DNA of 64,000 nucleotides from Psammoneis japonica (GCA_008632985.1 QPGO01000003.1:620001-684000); one strand, 5' to 3'; shown: positions 43,919 through 55,123, counted from the stretch's first letter. Numbers and translations: made by a program. The notes: generated by a model from the letters alone, not told the origin.

Positions 43919-44995
43919 ATGTTGGCAGGACCGACAAATCTTAAAACGACCATGAAGAAGCGGGTTGAGCCACCGATTCTGTTCGCACGGCCAGAGAAGA
44001 AAGAGCTGCAGCAGGGCGAGCACCAGACGTTCAAGCCACGTAACAACCCTGCTGATCCGGACAGTCCAACGCACAAGATGGGCATCCCGCACCTTTCTGC
44101 GGCTGCATGTGAGACACTCCCAATCTTTCTGCGCAACGTGGATCGCGTGCACGAAGGACAAAACATCACGACCGGGCCAGCGAAATTTGCCCTCATGCGT
44201 GACCTGCTGCAGGGTGATGCTCTGACGTCATTTGATGATGCCGCTGACAAGCAGGCATCCCAAACCAACGCTGCGTGCGCAGCATGCGTCGCGAAGCTAA
44301 AGGAAAGCATCTTCCCACATGGGGCGGCACCACTGCAGAAGCGCCATCTGCGGCGCTTCATGCGCAAGCCCGCAGAGGTTTCTGCTCGTGACTGCGCCGC
44401 GAGGGCTGTTGAAATTAACGGCCACATCTCTCAGTTTCCACCCGTGACGGAGGATGGAGAAACACCGGCGCCACTGCCCAATGACGAACCATGCGACATG
44501 TTTGAGTGCGGTGTGCCGAACGCATGGCAGAAGTTCATGACGCTACAGAATTTTGACCCATTGGTGCATGCTGTCGCCGAATTTGCACAGTTCTGCGAGC
44601 GCATCGAGCAGGTCGAGCTCGCCGAAGGTAACCAGGACCAACATGCCAAGGTTCCACACAAGCGGGGACGTAGAACGGACAATCCTGAGTCGTTGATCAC
44701 GACCCAACGGAACACCCAGAAGTCGTGCATGCTGCACGGGATTGACTGTGGACATCATGCGGAGGATTGTCGTCAGCTCAAGCACCACGTGAAACATGCC
44801 AAGACTGGACATTCCAATGACGGAGGCGGCAAGCCTGGTGCAAAACCTTGGAATGAGGAAGACATCAATGCTCTCATCGGATCGAAGGTCGAGGAGTTCT
44901 TTGCCAATGCTCAGAAAAAGCGCAAGGCCCGCGAGGAGGAGCTCAATCACTTCCGCGACCTCAACTTAAGTGATTCCGAAGATTCGGATGCCTGA
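43919..44995 (+). CDS. gag: Retrotransposon Gag-like protein (hypermutated)
   Basis: ORF directly after the 5' LTR with LQKRHLRRFMRKP and a zinc knuckle CMLHG..CGHHAEDC. No Tyr in 358 aa. Confidence 0.8.
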   Translation: MLAGPTNLKTTMKKRVEPPILFARPEKKELQQGEHQTFKPRNNPADPDSPTHKMGIPHLSAAACETLPIFLRNVDRVHEGQNITTGPAKFALMRDLLQGDALTSFDDAADKQASQTNAACAACVAKLKESIFPHGAAPLQKRHLRRFMRKPAEVSARDCAARAVEINGHISQFPPVTEDGETPAPLPNDEPCDMFECGVPNAWQKFMTLQNFDPLVHAVAEFAQFCERIEQVELAEGNQDQHAKVPHKRGRRTDNPESLITTQRNTQKSCMLHGIDCGHHAEDCRQLKHHVKHAKTGHSNDGGGKPGAKPWNEEDINALIGSKVEEFFANAQKKRKAREEELNHFRDLNLSDSEDSDA

Positions 44996-45099
44996 GAAGG
45001 GGGCCGACACGATGCAGGCAGTTTCAATGCATTGGATGAATGTGTGAATGAACAACTGAATTGCCATCGTACACGTGTTGCAGGCCAATCCCGCAAATG

Positions 45100-45625
45100 A
45101 GTTAAAAAGACTCATCTCACTCCAATCTTGTTTGTGGCTGTGAACACTGAACATGGCAAGGGCAAGACTCAAACCATTGAGGCACTGCCAGACAGTGGCG
45201 CCAGCAGCACTCTGCTCGACAGTCGACACTGCAAACGTCTGTGAAGCCATTCAACGGCTGAGACAAACTGGGCTGCGGCAGCAGGCTCGTTTGGCACATC
45301 TGACGACTGCACCGTTAAATTTCGGTTGCCAGAATTGTCCGAAACTGCAGAACTCAAGCATGCCGTCCACGCACACAACGGAAAGTTGGGCAAGTGCGAT
45401 GTGATTGTTGGACGTGACATTCTGGAGACACAAGGCATTGACGCTGTCTTCTCTGAACAGATGACAGAGTGGCCATTGGTCAATGGAGAAGCACCAATGA
45501 GGCACGCAGATGCCACGGTGGAAACCTCCTTCTATCTTCAAGATCCAGAAGCCTTGTCTTTGGAAACCGACCGGATTTCGCGCATTTTAGACGCCAAGCA
45601 CGCGCCGGCCTGCCTCGAAGACAAA
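45100..45625 (+). pseudogene. Retrotransposon aspartic protease remnant
   Basis: ALPDSGAS at about 45182 (from the LLDSGAS motif) and CDVIVGRDILETQGI. Ends near ILDAKH. Confidence 0.75.
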
Positions 45626-46420
45626 ACGCCGAACGCAGCGTTGTGGGAAGCTCCTCCCAAAAAGGCATCGACGAACCTGCGTCACGTGCGTTAAGTGATC
45701 CTGACGTTGTCAGTTGGGTTTGTCAACTGCTTCAGTTTGAACAATTTACTTCTCCTCACATTTGCTCTTCAGCATGTGTGGTCCATTAAAAACTGTTCAG
45801 CAGCCATCATTCGAATTCTCAATGACTGGCATTTGGTCAAAAATTTGAATTTTCGGTCGCCTCAATGGTGCACACAACCATCACACCAGCACAATGTTGT
45901 TTTGCGACGACGTTTTTCATGCCGCCGATGAAGCTGCCGAACCCCGCAAGTGTCGCTGTGTGGCATTTTTTCACCTGTCAAGCCATCTTCCCTGCACCGC
46001 GCGAACCCCAACCCTGGGCACAGCAAGGAAGGGGGGCATTCCCTGACCGAACCCTGCCCTGCACCATGTGAACCCTAACCCTGGGCAGTGCACCCTGGCT
46101 GGAACCCCAGCAGTTGGGAACAGGTGGCCCTGTCCCACCCAGGGAAGGGCGCGGCAGCGACGCCTTCGGTTGGGCAAACACTGGAAAGCTCTGAGCAAAA
46201 CACTTAGAACACGTGCAAAGCCATGGCAACCCCCAAGGGAGCAGAGGTGCTGATCACACCTTGAAGCCGCGAACCCAATGTAGAAGGCGACGTTCATGGT
46301 CCCGCGTCTGCAAGCACACCTGCTCGAGCCCGCGTGCGGCAGGACAGGACCTCTGGGCGCTGGCAAACCACCAGCACTCAGAATAAATTAGATGCTCTGA
46401 TTGGTCCCCAACGTGTCAGT

Positions 46421-46493
46421 GAAAAGGTGAGCTCAGTGGTGGAGCTTCGCCGATCGTAGGACGAGGCCGGGGGTTCGAGTCCCTCCCTTTTTC
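46421..46493 (+). ncRNA. tRNA-like (Pol III A/B box) cassette within the LTR element
   Basis: Acceptor-like stem GAAAAGG/CCTTTTT, D arm GCTC-AGTGGTG-GAGC and T arm GGGGG-TTCGAGT-CCCTC. The anticodon arm is irregular. Confidence 0.65.
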
Positions 46494-46579
46494 CGTGCAC
46501 ACGTGCTTGAACCGGCAACCCGGAAACGGGTTGAGGTCACTTGCTTGACGAAGTCGCCCCACCTACATTCGATAACCCC

Positions 46580-47384
46580 GATAAACATCGCAGAGATAAT
46601 TCCATGGGAGACTCTATGCATAGATGTGATGGGGCCATATAAAATTCAAAGACGCGGAAAGGACACCTTGCAATTATGGGCAGTCACAATGATTGACCCA
46701 GCAACCGGGTGGTTCGAGATTAAAGAAGTGTCTACGAAACGCGCAGACGTCGTAGCAAACGTCGTGGAACAAACGTGGCTATGCAGATATCCGTGGCCAA
46801 CCCAGGTAGTTTATGACCGTGGGACAGAATTTATGGCAGAATTTAGCCAGATGATTAAAAATGACTATGGGATTTTGAAGAAACCCATAAGTAAACGGAA
46901 TCCACAGGCAAATGCCATAGTGGAACGTGTACACCAGACACTTGGTAACATGGTACGTTCCTTTTCAGTACAGGATATGGAACTGGACGAAGATGACCCA
47001 TGGAGTGGCATCCTCTCCGCAGTAGCCTTCGCTATTAGAGCTACGGTACACACGACCACGCGTGCAAGTCCCATGCAATTGGTCTTCGGACGCGATGCGG
47101 TTTTATCTATTGCCTATCGTGCTAAGTGGAAGCACATAGAAACCAGAAAGCAGAAGCTTATCTACTTAAACAACAAGCGTGAAAATCAGAAACGCAAGGA
47201 GTGTCAATATACCGTAGGGCAATTGGTACTTATCAAACAGGAACAATCCTCTAAATACGGTTCTGACAGCTGTGCAGGACCCGCCAGAGTTGTCCGTGTA
47301 TATGACAACGGCACGTTGCGTGTCCAGAACGGAGCGCTGATAGATACGTACAATCTACGGCAGATTGTACCCTATCACCAGTAA
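46580..47384 (+). CDS. Retroviral-type (rve) integrase core and C-terminus, N-terminally truncated
   Basis: PWETLCIDVMGPY, VYDRGTEF and NPQANAIVERVH (DDE triad). The frame is open to a TAA just before the PPT. Confidence 0.9.
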
Positions 47385-48119
47385 GACATCCTGTCACTTA
47401 ACGGCCCTGATCATGGGGGAGTGTGCAGTATGCCTCGCTACTGGACAACACGGCGAGACCGTGCATAAGCCTCTTGTACGTGGCAACGTAGTATTGTTAA
47501 CACGTACCTGGGAAGCACGACCACAGGAGGGCGTGGCTCTAGGTCTTAGGCAATTCCAGAAGGATGCTAAGAGAGCATCCGTGTGAAGCACACTAGCCCG
47601 TCGTCTGGCCCACGATGGTGGCGTGATTCCACACGATGACATCACTCGTGAATGGCGCGTGATGGCTTGATTCGCACGATCCACAATGCGAACGCACGAT
47701 CGATTTAATACGATCCAAATGCGAACGAATAGGGATTTGGCAAGATCCCCTATTCGCACGATCCCATTTTCTCTACTCTAAACTAGCTCATAATTTTCAC
47801 AACGACAAAGTCGTAACACATCTTCTTTTTCAGCGCCCAGCACACACATGGGGCAACAGAGTTGCACCAAGACTGCCACGCGATTGAGCAAGTGCAATTG
47901 TGCCACCAAGGTGAATCGCAAGTGGTTGTGCAATTTGTCCCATTGTCCATTCTGGCACACAAACAGCACACTCGTGAAGCATCAAAAGGTGTGTTGCTCT
48001 TGTCTGGCAGAATGAAGCATGTGAGACCAGACATGAGCATGTGAAAGGCATGCTTGCAATGCACTCCAGCTCAATGACAACGAGATGAGCATCGACATGA
48101 CACAACAAGGAAATTCGTC

Positions 48120-48629
48120 ATGACCAAACACAGTCTCGTGGTGAGCCGCACTGCAGTGGGCACGGTTGTGGGACGCCGCGTCGCCCCGCTCTTCTTCCGC
48201 CATGTGCATGCTGTGTGCATCAAAAGTGCCGTTTTCAAACAACCAAAGACATGGTCTCCTTCCAAATTTGTTGAGTTGACTCCCAAGATGAAACACCTTA
48301 CAAAGTTGGAGAGCTTGATGCTGTGTGGATGCAGGAAGTTGGCATCAATTCCAAATGAAGTTCTTGAGCTGCCAAGTCTTCATTTTCTCTGCTTGCTTGA
48401 TTGCAAGTTGCTTGCAACCACAGCCAAGGACATTGGAAAAGCATCTTACTCTGTCAAAGATGTGTGGATGCCAGCGAAGACTCAAAGGCACAAAAGGAAG
48501 TGGATTGCTGCACAAAAACAAACAAAGCAGGAAGACATTTGCTGTGTCGCCATGACTCACCTGCAGCTCTTTGGCCACATGTCTTGGCAGGTCCGCACAG
48601 TGATGAGAATTTCATTTCATGTGTCTTGA
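48120..48629 (+). pseudogene. Leucine-rich-repeat gene fragment, TpA-depleted
   Basis: LTKLESLMLCGCRKLASIPNEVLELPSLHFLCLLDCKLL fits the LRR consensus. Confidence 0.55.
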
Positions 48630-48799
48630 CAAAAAATCCGGACTCAGTCAAAAGACAGGTGAAAACAAGGAATGAGATCATCCCACTGTCTCACCAGCAG
48701 CATGAGGCAGCTCTCAGGTGAGTGCAACTTGGCAGCTCTCAGGCAAATGTGCAAGTGTCAGGTCGCTGTCTGATTGTTGTCTGTCATTGGTCCTTGCTG

Positions 48800-51350
48800 C
48801 TAGATTGGATCCCATTGAGATTAGAGTGGAGCAATTCTGGTGCAACCGTGAAGACTGGCAAGCCACACATGAGTGAGGTAGAATCCAGTGATGCAATGAG
48901 CAAGGCAAGGAAGGAGAGATGCAACTGTGGCAACTGGCAAATGAACTCCATCACAAATGATGGAGAGCATGCTTGAAGATGACAAGACAATGGATGTTGC
49001 ACGCTGGTTGACTTGATGCTCTTTTGTTCCACCCAAACCAGATTGACCACCAACATCTGTGGGCAATGAACCACCACCACAAGCTGAAAAAGCAAGTCAA
49101 AGATCCAAGACAAGCAAACTTTTGAACAAGGTGTGCAGATCGAACAGAAGCCACTGGCACGATGGCCAAACATGAAGAAAAGATTGTTGGCCACTGCTGC
49201 AAACAGAGTTGAGCACACAGAAGAACAAAGCAGAGCAAGACCTGCTCTGCAATCAGTGGCTGCTCCAGGACCCTCAGGACAGGACCAAATGTTTTGAACA
49301 AAAAGAAGAATGAAAAAAGCTTTTGGCCAAGAGGGCATGTCCTGGCATGGTCAGATGTTTGAGGAAGGATCCAATGTTCCCTTCATGCAAGAACCACTTC
49401 TGTCTAACTTTGGCCACTTGGCAAACACCTCAGCAACAAACGCTGTGCCAGACAGCACCTGCCATTTGCCAGAGAGAGCAGATGAGCATGTGGAGAAATT
49501 TCCCCAACAGCTCCAATGGCCTGACCCCCCACACTGGAACTTCATTTAGATTGCACTGCAGAGGAACACATTGATGACTGGAGGAAAATGCAAGAATGTG
49601 CCTCAAGCAGCCCCTTTGGACCATCTTTTGCAGACTGCAAAGCTGGCTCAAAAAACTTGACAATGGCAGAATTTGACAAGACTCCTGCATGGTTGCAATG
49701 CCGGCAAAGCACAGATGTGCTCCAAAGCATTGGACAAAGATGATTGATGTTGTGACACCCAAGAAGACTGACTTGACACATGCGCCAAGAAGCTTCAGAC
49801 AACAGCCTGTTTGATGCAATGTTCAACCAGATGAACAAGCACTGTGAACAAGCACTGACAAATCAAGCTGAAATCTACAAGGCAACACCATGGGAGGTGT
49901 GCAAAAGCCACAAATGACACTGAGCAACACACTGCATCTTAAACAAGGTGTTAACCAGGGGGACATGTTTTGCCAGCTGCACAGACCAGGAGCAACCAAT
50001 GGTGCAGAGACTCAAGGTCATGCTGCAACAGAATTTTGCATGAGATTCTGCAGAGCAGCAGGGGAGGACATGGTCTTCATGATGACTGGAGCTCTTCAGA
50101 TGCAGGTTCAACATTGCATTTGAACAGCTCACAGAGAATCTGAAGACACATGCATGGCCATCAAGATTCCACCACACAAGGCATTTTTCAAGGTCACAGA
50201 GCAGCACCAGCATCTGGCTGCTTGTCAGCTCCCACACAACAAAATGCCTTGAGCTGAGAGACATGGCATTTGTGCAGAAATCTCTGTCTTACAAAAGGCC
50301 TTTCACTGCATGTGCCAGATTTTTGTTGATGACACAAATCTCCCATTCTTGTCTCAAGACAAGGCTGCAACCTGCAAAACAGTTGTGTCAAGTCCAGGCA
50401 AATGGTGGAAAGGACCCGCCTCCCCACACAGGCTTTTTCAGAATCTGATGACTGTGTGCACAAGTTGACAGGACAAGAATGAGTGCACTGCTCAAGACTG
50501 CCCTGCCAATGAAGCAAATGGAAGAAGTTCTGCCAACTGATGACCAGACAAGGCTGTTCTGGCAGAAGGAATCCGAGTGTGCAGCTGTCAGCATCATGGA
50601 TGGATCTTTCAAAGAACACATGGTGACAGCAGCACCAATGATGTTGGCACCATTGGAGGGACACTCTCACAGGTGCCAAGGTGTGAGTCAGACTCCAGGC
50701 TGACAACAAGACCAAAGTGCACACTGAGGTGAACTGGGGGGCATGAAGTTGCATTGGCAGCTGCTGCCAACAGGCCACTTTTGCTCAAAAGCATGGCTGA
50801 TGCTGGGAACCAGAGTGCTTTTTGTGGCCAAACAGATGACTTGTTGCTTGTGAAGTGCCAAACTAAACTCAACATGAGAAGCAAAGTGTTTTGTTGGCTT
50901 CTCCCAAGTGGACTTTGAAAATGACAATGTTGTCACCTCCAAGAGCACAAGCATGGGTCAACCAGCCATGTCAACAAGCTGAGTGGACCACAATTTCACA
51001 ATGCTGGACCATTTTCAATCAAAATTGGTTTTGTCATGGATCTCTGCATTTGGCCTCATTTTCCACTTCATGTGTGGCTTGGGATTTGTTTTCTGTGTGC
51101 TCTTTTTGAAGCAGCATTGGCTGTGATCCAAGCACCCATTGTGGTGAGTCCAAGTGTTTGTGTCACCATTGAATGGCTCCTTTCCAAGAGCAGCCTCAAG
51201 TGCATCTGTTGATTTTTCCCTGGTGCTGCTGCAGGGCACAAAATGTTTGTTTTGCAACAAGGTTGTTTGGGGCCCAAAAGGCACTTGAGCAGATGACAAA
51301 AAACAGGAACAAAACTTTCCTTCATTTTTGAGACCACACAACATGGTCTC
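48800..51350 (+). mobile_element. Heavily decayed non-LTR retrotransposon (LINE with RNase H) relic
   Basis: PFMQEPLLSNFGHLANT at about 49379, RNase H-like DGSFKEH..TAA at 50599 and DQSAH*GELGG at 50710. Many stops and frameshifts; boundaries are approximate. Confidence 0.6.
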
Positions 51351-51717
51351 TGTCTCTGACTGGAGCTAAAAACCAGTGCAGGGCTCCACCCAGCACCTCC
51401 TGCCCTTTTCCAGATGCTCTGGCACAACAAAGATCAAGAAGGTGCTTGGCACCCCCACCAGAAGGGCGCAGCTGAAACATGCGTGCATGTGTGCACAAAG
51501 AGACACAGATCTGTGGCATGCATTTTTTTGTATTCTGAGTGGCCCAATGCCATCGCATCCGTCGCTCTTTGACAAACAGCTGACACAGAGCCCATGATGG
51601 GATTGGGGCACGGCGGGATGGACCCGCCCGCCCTGCTGCTGGCACAGCATCGTCCGTCTGGCCATCTGCGAGAGCTGCTGCGCGATGCGCAACGCGCTCA
51701 CGGAGGCTCTCAAGCGC

Positions 51718-54700
51718 AATGGAGACCAGGACATTAAAAAAAACGGGTGACAGCGCGCACGCGCAAAGAAATCCACAAAATTCCGATTCAAAACACAACC
51801 AACCGTCACCTCCATGACCGTCAGTTTGTTGCGTCCGTCTCATCCCGTAGTCTGCATTGTTGCTGTATAACACATCATAACTCCACTTCATCCGCTATGG
51901 AGATAAAAGGCTGCTGATTACTGGCTTATCACTTTCTCCATAAAGATGGAATGTCGTTTGATGACTTATGCACCATTTTTCGGCACGGAGCGACAGTGCG
52001 TGGCAGGTAGAGACGACTCGTTTATTGCACGTTGACACCAACTGGCTTGTCTCGGAAATGTAGCAATCATATCAATGGACTTATCATTGGGAAGAGGCAG
52101 CAGTGTAAGTGGCAACCGTGTGCCTTGTTGCGTGCCAGCAGTTGTGTGTGTCTGCACTTGATCAATTGATCAACCAGCAATTGATTTGCCTGTTGCTTTG
52201 GATACACTTCTTTATTATCCCACGTAAGACATATGGAGTGGGCTTTGTTAAGAATTCAGACGTTGCCATGGATCAGAAGACTGTGTTTCTAAAGAATCTT
52301 CCGTGTCAATGATGGCGCACTACTTGTTGCAGACAATGGTTTCATGGATGGCACACGTGACGTTGCAATTCCGGATGGCATATACGGGTGGCATATTTCT
52401 TGGTTCAAAGCATGAGCATGGAGCAGACAGCGGCTCTTTACTTGGAACCACACTTGGCCGTTCCAACAGCATTGATGATGGCGCACTGCTCGGTGCAGAC
52501 AATGGATTCATGGATGGCGCACGTGATGGTACATCACTTGGCATTGCGGATGGCATAGGTGATGGTACATTACTTGGCACGGAAGATGAAATTGATGATG
52601 GTGTAGCACTTTGACTTCAAATGGGAGAGGAGTGTTGATAGAACCGCTGACCGTTTTATGGATGGCACCTCACTAGGTTTAAATGGTGTTGGACGTGTTG
52701 CACTAGCAGATGGTGGCATTGGGCATGGTGTAGCCGGTGTTGGGTGTGTTGGACGTGTTGTACCAGTGCATGGCAGTGATCAAGATGATATCCTTGGACT
52801 GGACATTGAATGTATGAGTCGAAGACTTTCGGGTCCAGAACAACGTTCGAAGCGTAGCTCTGGATGGACCGAGTATTTAAAACGGGGCGGAACACTAGAC
52901 GACGTCATGTTTGGACCAACGAAGATCCAAATGACACCGTCTACCACATTGGATTCCTATTTTCTATCGCGCTGTGGTAAGCAATCACCGTGTCAATATC
53001 CCCACAGCAATGGCGTGGTACAAGAGGCGTTTCCTATAAGCCATGCTGCGAATGAATCTTCCAAGACAACGTACGTGGTGGACATTGAAACGTCAAGGAT
53101 GGATTTTGCAATTTCCATTATTACAGAATTGGATGCTTTTCGGGATCCATGTGGTTAAATGAAGGAAGATCGATCTTGGTTCTGGGACTGTTGTGGCTTT
53201 GGCAAGGCGCCGGAAAACTCGACGAAGTACGAAGGCAAGGGAATTGACTCGGGCCAACAAGTCGGTGCAGTAGAGAGTAGATAAGACTCGGATGATCCTA
53301 GTGACAGAATGTTAACAAGTGACAAACACACATGCTAAAGATGGATAGGTTTACTGTCCATGTCTCGGAGCTGTCGGGACATGTTTAACGTGGCATCAAG
53401 GTCAACTCGATAGTGCCATGCCGTTGAACAATCGTGTGACACATGGCTTTCCAGGCTAATTTTATGCCCAAGCCTACACCATAAATGTGCATTGTTAATA
53501 ACTGCTTCTTTTTACTGACAATAAGAGAGTTGTTTTGATCTCATTGTATCTAACAACCTTGTCACCTGCCATTCTCGTAACCGCTTGATGTTATGGAGGC
53601 TTTTGACATTTCGGATCTTTCAATCACGTGTTCAATTCGGTACACACTCGACAATTCCAGGGGCATTAAGTTGTTGCGTTTCCTCGCCCGCTCCAATAAA
53701 TTCGCCTCGTGCAAGACACAATCAAAACAAGAATATGAAGCCACCAGCAGCCCACGCTCCCACCGGTGCAATCATGGATTCAATTCCGTACACACTCGAC
53801 AATTCCAGGGCGTCGAGTTGTTGCATTTCCTCGCCCGCTCCAACACATTTGCCTCATGCAAGACGCAACCGAAACAAGAATATGAAGTTGCTAGCAGCCC
53901 ACGCTCCCCATCTACGCCGTGCCCATTGCCACCCACGCCACCATCTGCCAGTGCAACACATCCAACGCCGACTAGTGCGCCGCACCCAATGCCAAATACA
54001 CCACCATCTGCTAGTGCAACACGTCTAACACCGCCTTGATTGCTGGCAGTGCACACGCTCCAACCGCCTCGACCAGCGCTAGCAGCCACACAGGCTCCCA
54101 CCGCCACCAGTGCTAGCAGAGTAACCAGGCTACCACTGCCACCAGTGCCAGCAGCATGCAGCACAAGAGCAGGCACCGCAAGAAGATAGAAGGATCCAAC
54201 CACCTCGATTGCTGGTAGTGCACACGCTCCAACCGCCTCGACCAGTGCTAGCAGCCACACAGGCTCCCACCTCCACTGGTGCTAGCAGCAACCAGGCTCC
54301 CACTGCCACCAGTGATGCCGTCCACAAATCCATCAGCTGCACCGACTGCGCACAACCTCCCAGTCCAACGGTGTGGGTCCACTGACAAGATTGCTTTATT
54401 TCCGAGACAAGCCAATTGGCGTCATCCATCATCTGAAACAAGCAACACACCAGCAACTACGTGACTCCATCATCTGTTCCGAGTAGGGCGCTATCGTCGA
54501 CACTGTCGGAACCACCAGGTGTGGTCCCAAGTCCATGCTCATACTTTGAACCAAGCAATGTGCCATCGGTTTCTCACAAAATCATAAGTGTCGACACAGA
54601 AGATTCTTTAGAAACGTAGACTTCCGACCCAAGGTAACAAATGAATTCTTAACAAAGCCCGCTCCATACGTCATACGTGGGACACTTGTGTTAGAAGCAA

Positions 54701-55123
54701 AAGACAAAACAGGTGATGGTTGCCACTTACGCCACTGCCTCTTCCTGATGGCATGGGTCCACTTACACGATTCATATATTTCCGAGATATGCCAGTTGGT
54801 GTCAACATGCAATAAACGAGTCGTCTCTACCACATACCACAACATGCACCGTCGCTCTGTGCCGCAAAGTGGTGCATAAGTCATCAACCGATATTCCTTC
54901 TTTCTCGAGAACGTGACACACCAGTAATCGGCAGCCTTTTATTCCCATAGCATATGAAATGGGGTTCTGATGTGTCAAACAGCAACAATACAGACCACCG
55001 GGATGAAACGGACGCAACTAACTGACAGTCATGGTGACGGTTGGTGTTTTTGAATCGGGAATTTTTGGGATTTCTGTGCGCGTGCGCGCTGTCACCCGTT
55101 TTTTAAATGTCCTGGTCTCCATT
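51718..55123. repeat. Diverged inverted duplication: arms 51718-52307 and 54593-55123, enclosing two divergent decayed Pro/Ser-rich gene fragments
   Basis: aatggagaccaggacatt...aaagaatctt matches the reverse complement of the right arm. The peptides PCSCFEP/PCSYFEP and PPSASAT occur on opposite strands. Confidence 0.85.

Larger units (their letters stand above)
43426..47855 (+). mobile_element. Ty3/gypsy-type LTR retrotransposon lacking RT/RNase H; 432-bp LTRs at 43426-43857 and 47424-47855, TSD ACAG
   Basis: Gap-free LTR alignment with TG...CA ends, PPT catgggggag at 47412-47421, ACAG at 43422-43425 and 47856-47859, and gene order gag-PR-(gap)-INT. Confidence 0.92.

Noticed and set aside
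46421..46493. Functional canonical tRNA gene
   Set aside because: The anticodon arm is irregular and no isotype can be assigned, so it is kept only as tRNA-like.
47424..47855. Classical RIP (CpA>TpA) acting on the 3' LTR and integrase
   Set aside because: The integrase has no new stops and keeps normal Tyr. Motif damage lies in the TpA-poor part, and CA/TG swaps require a TA (or CG) ancestor.
17600..51700. Hundreds of 60-270 aa overlapping Cys/His-rich ORFs in all six frames
   Set aside because: Artefact of TpA depletion removing TAA/TAG stops. Most have no recognisable domains.
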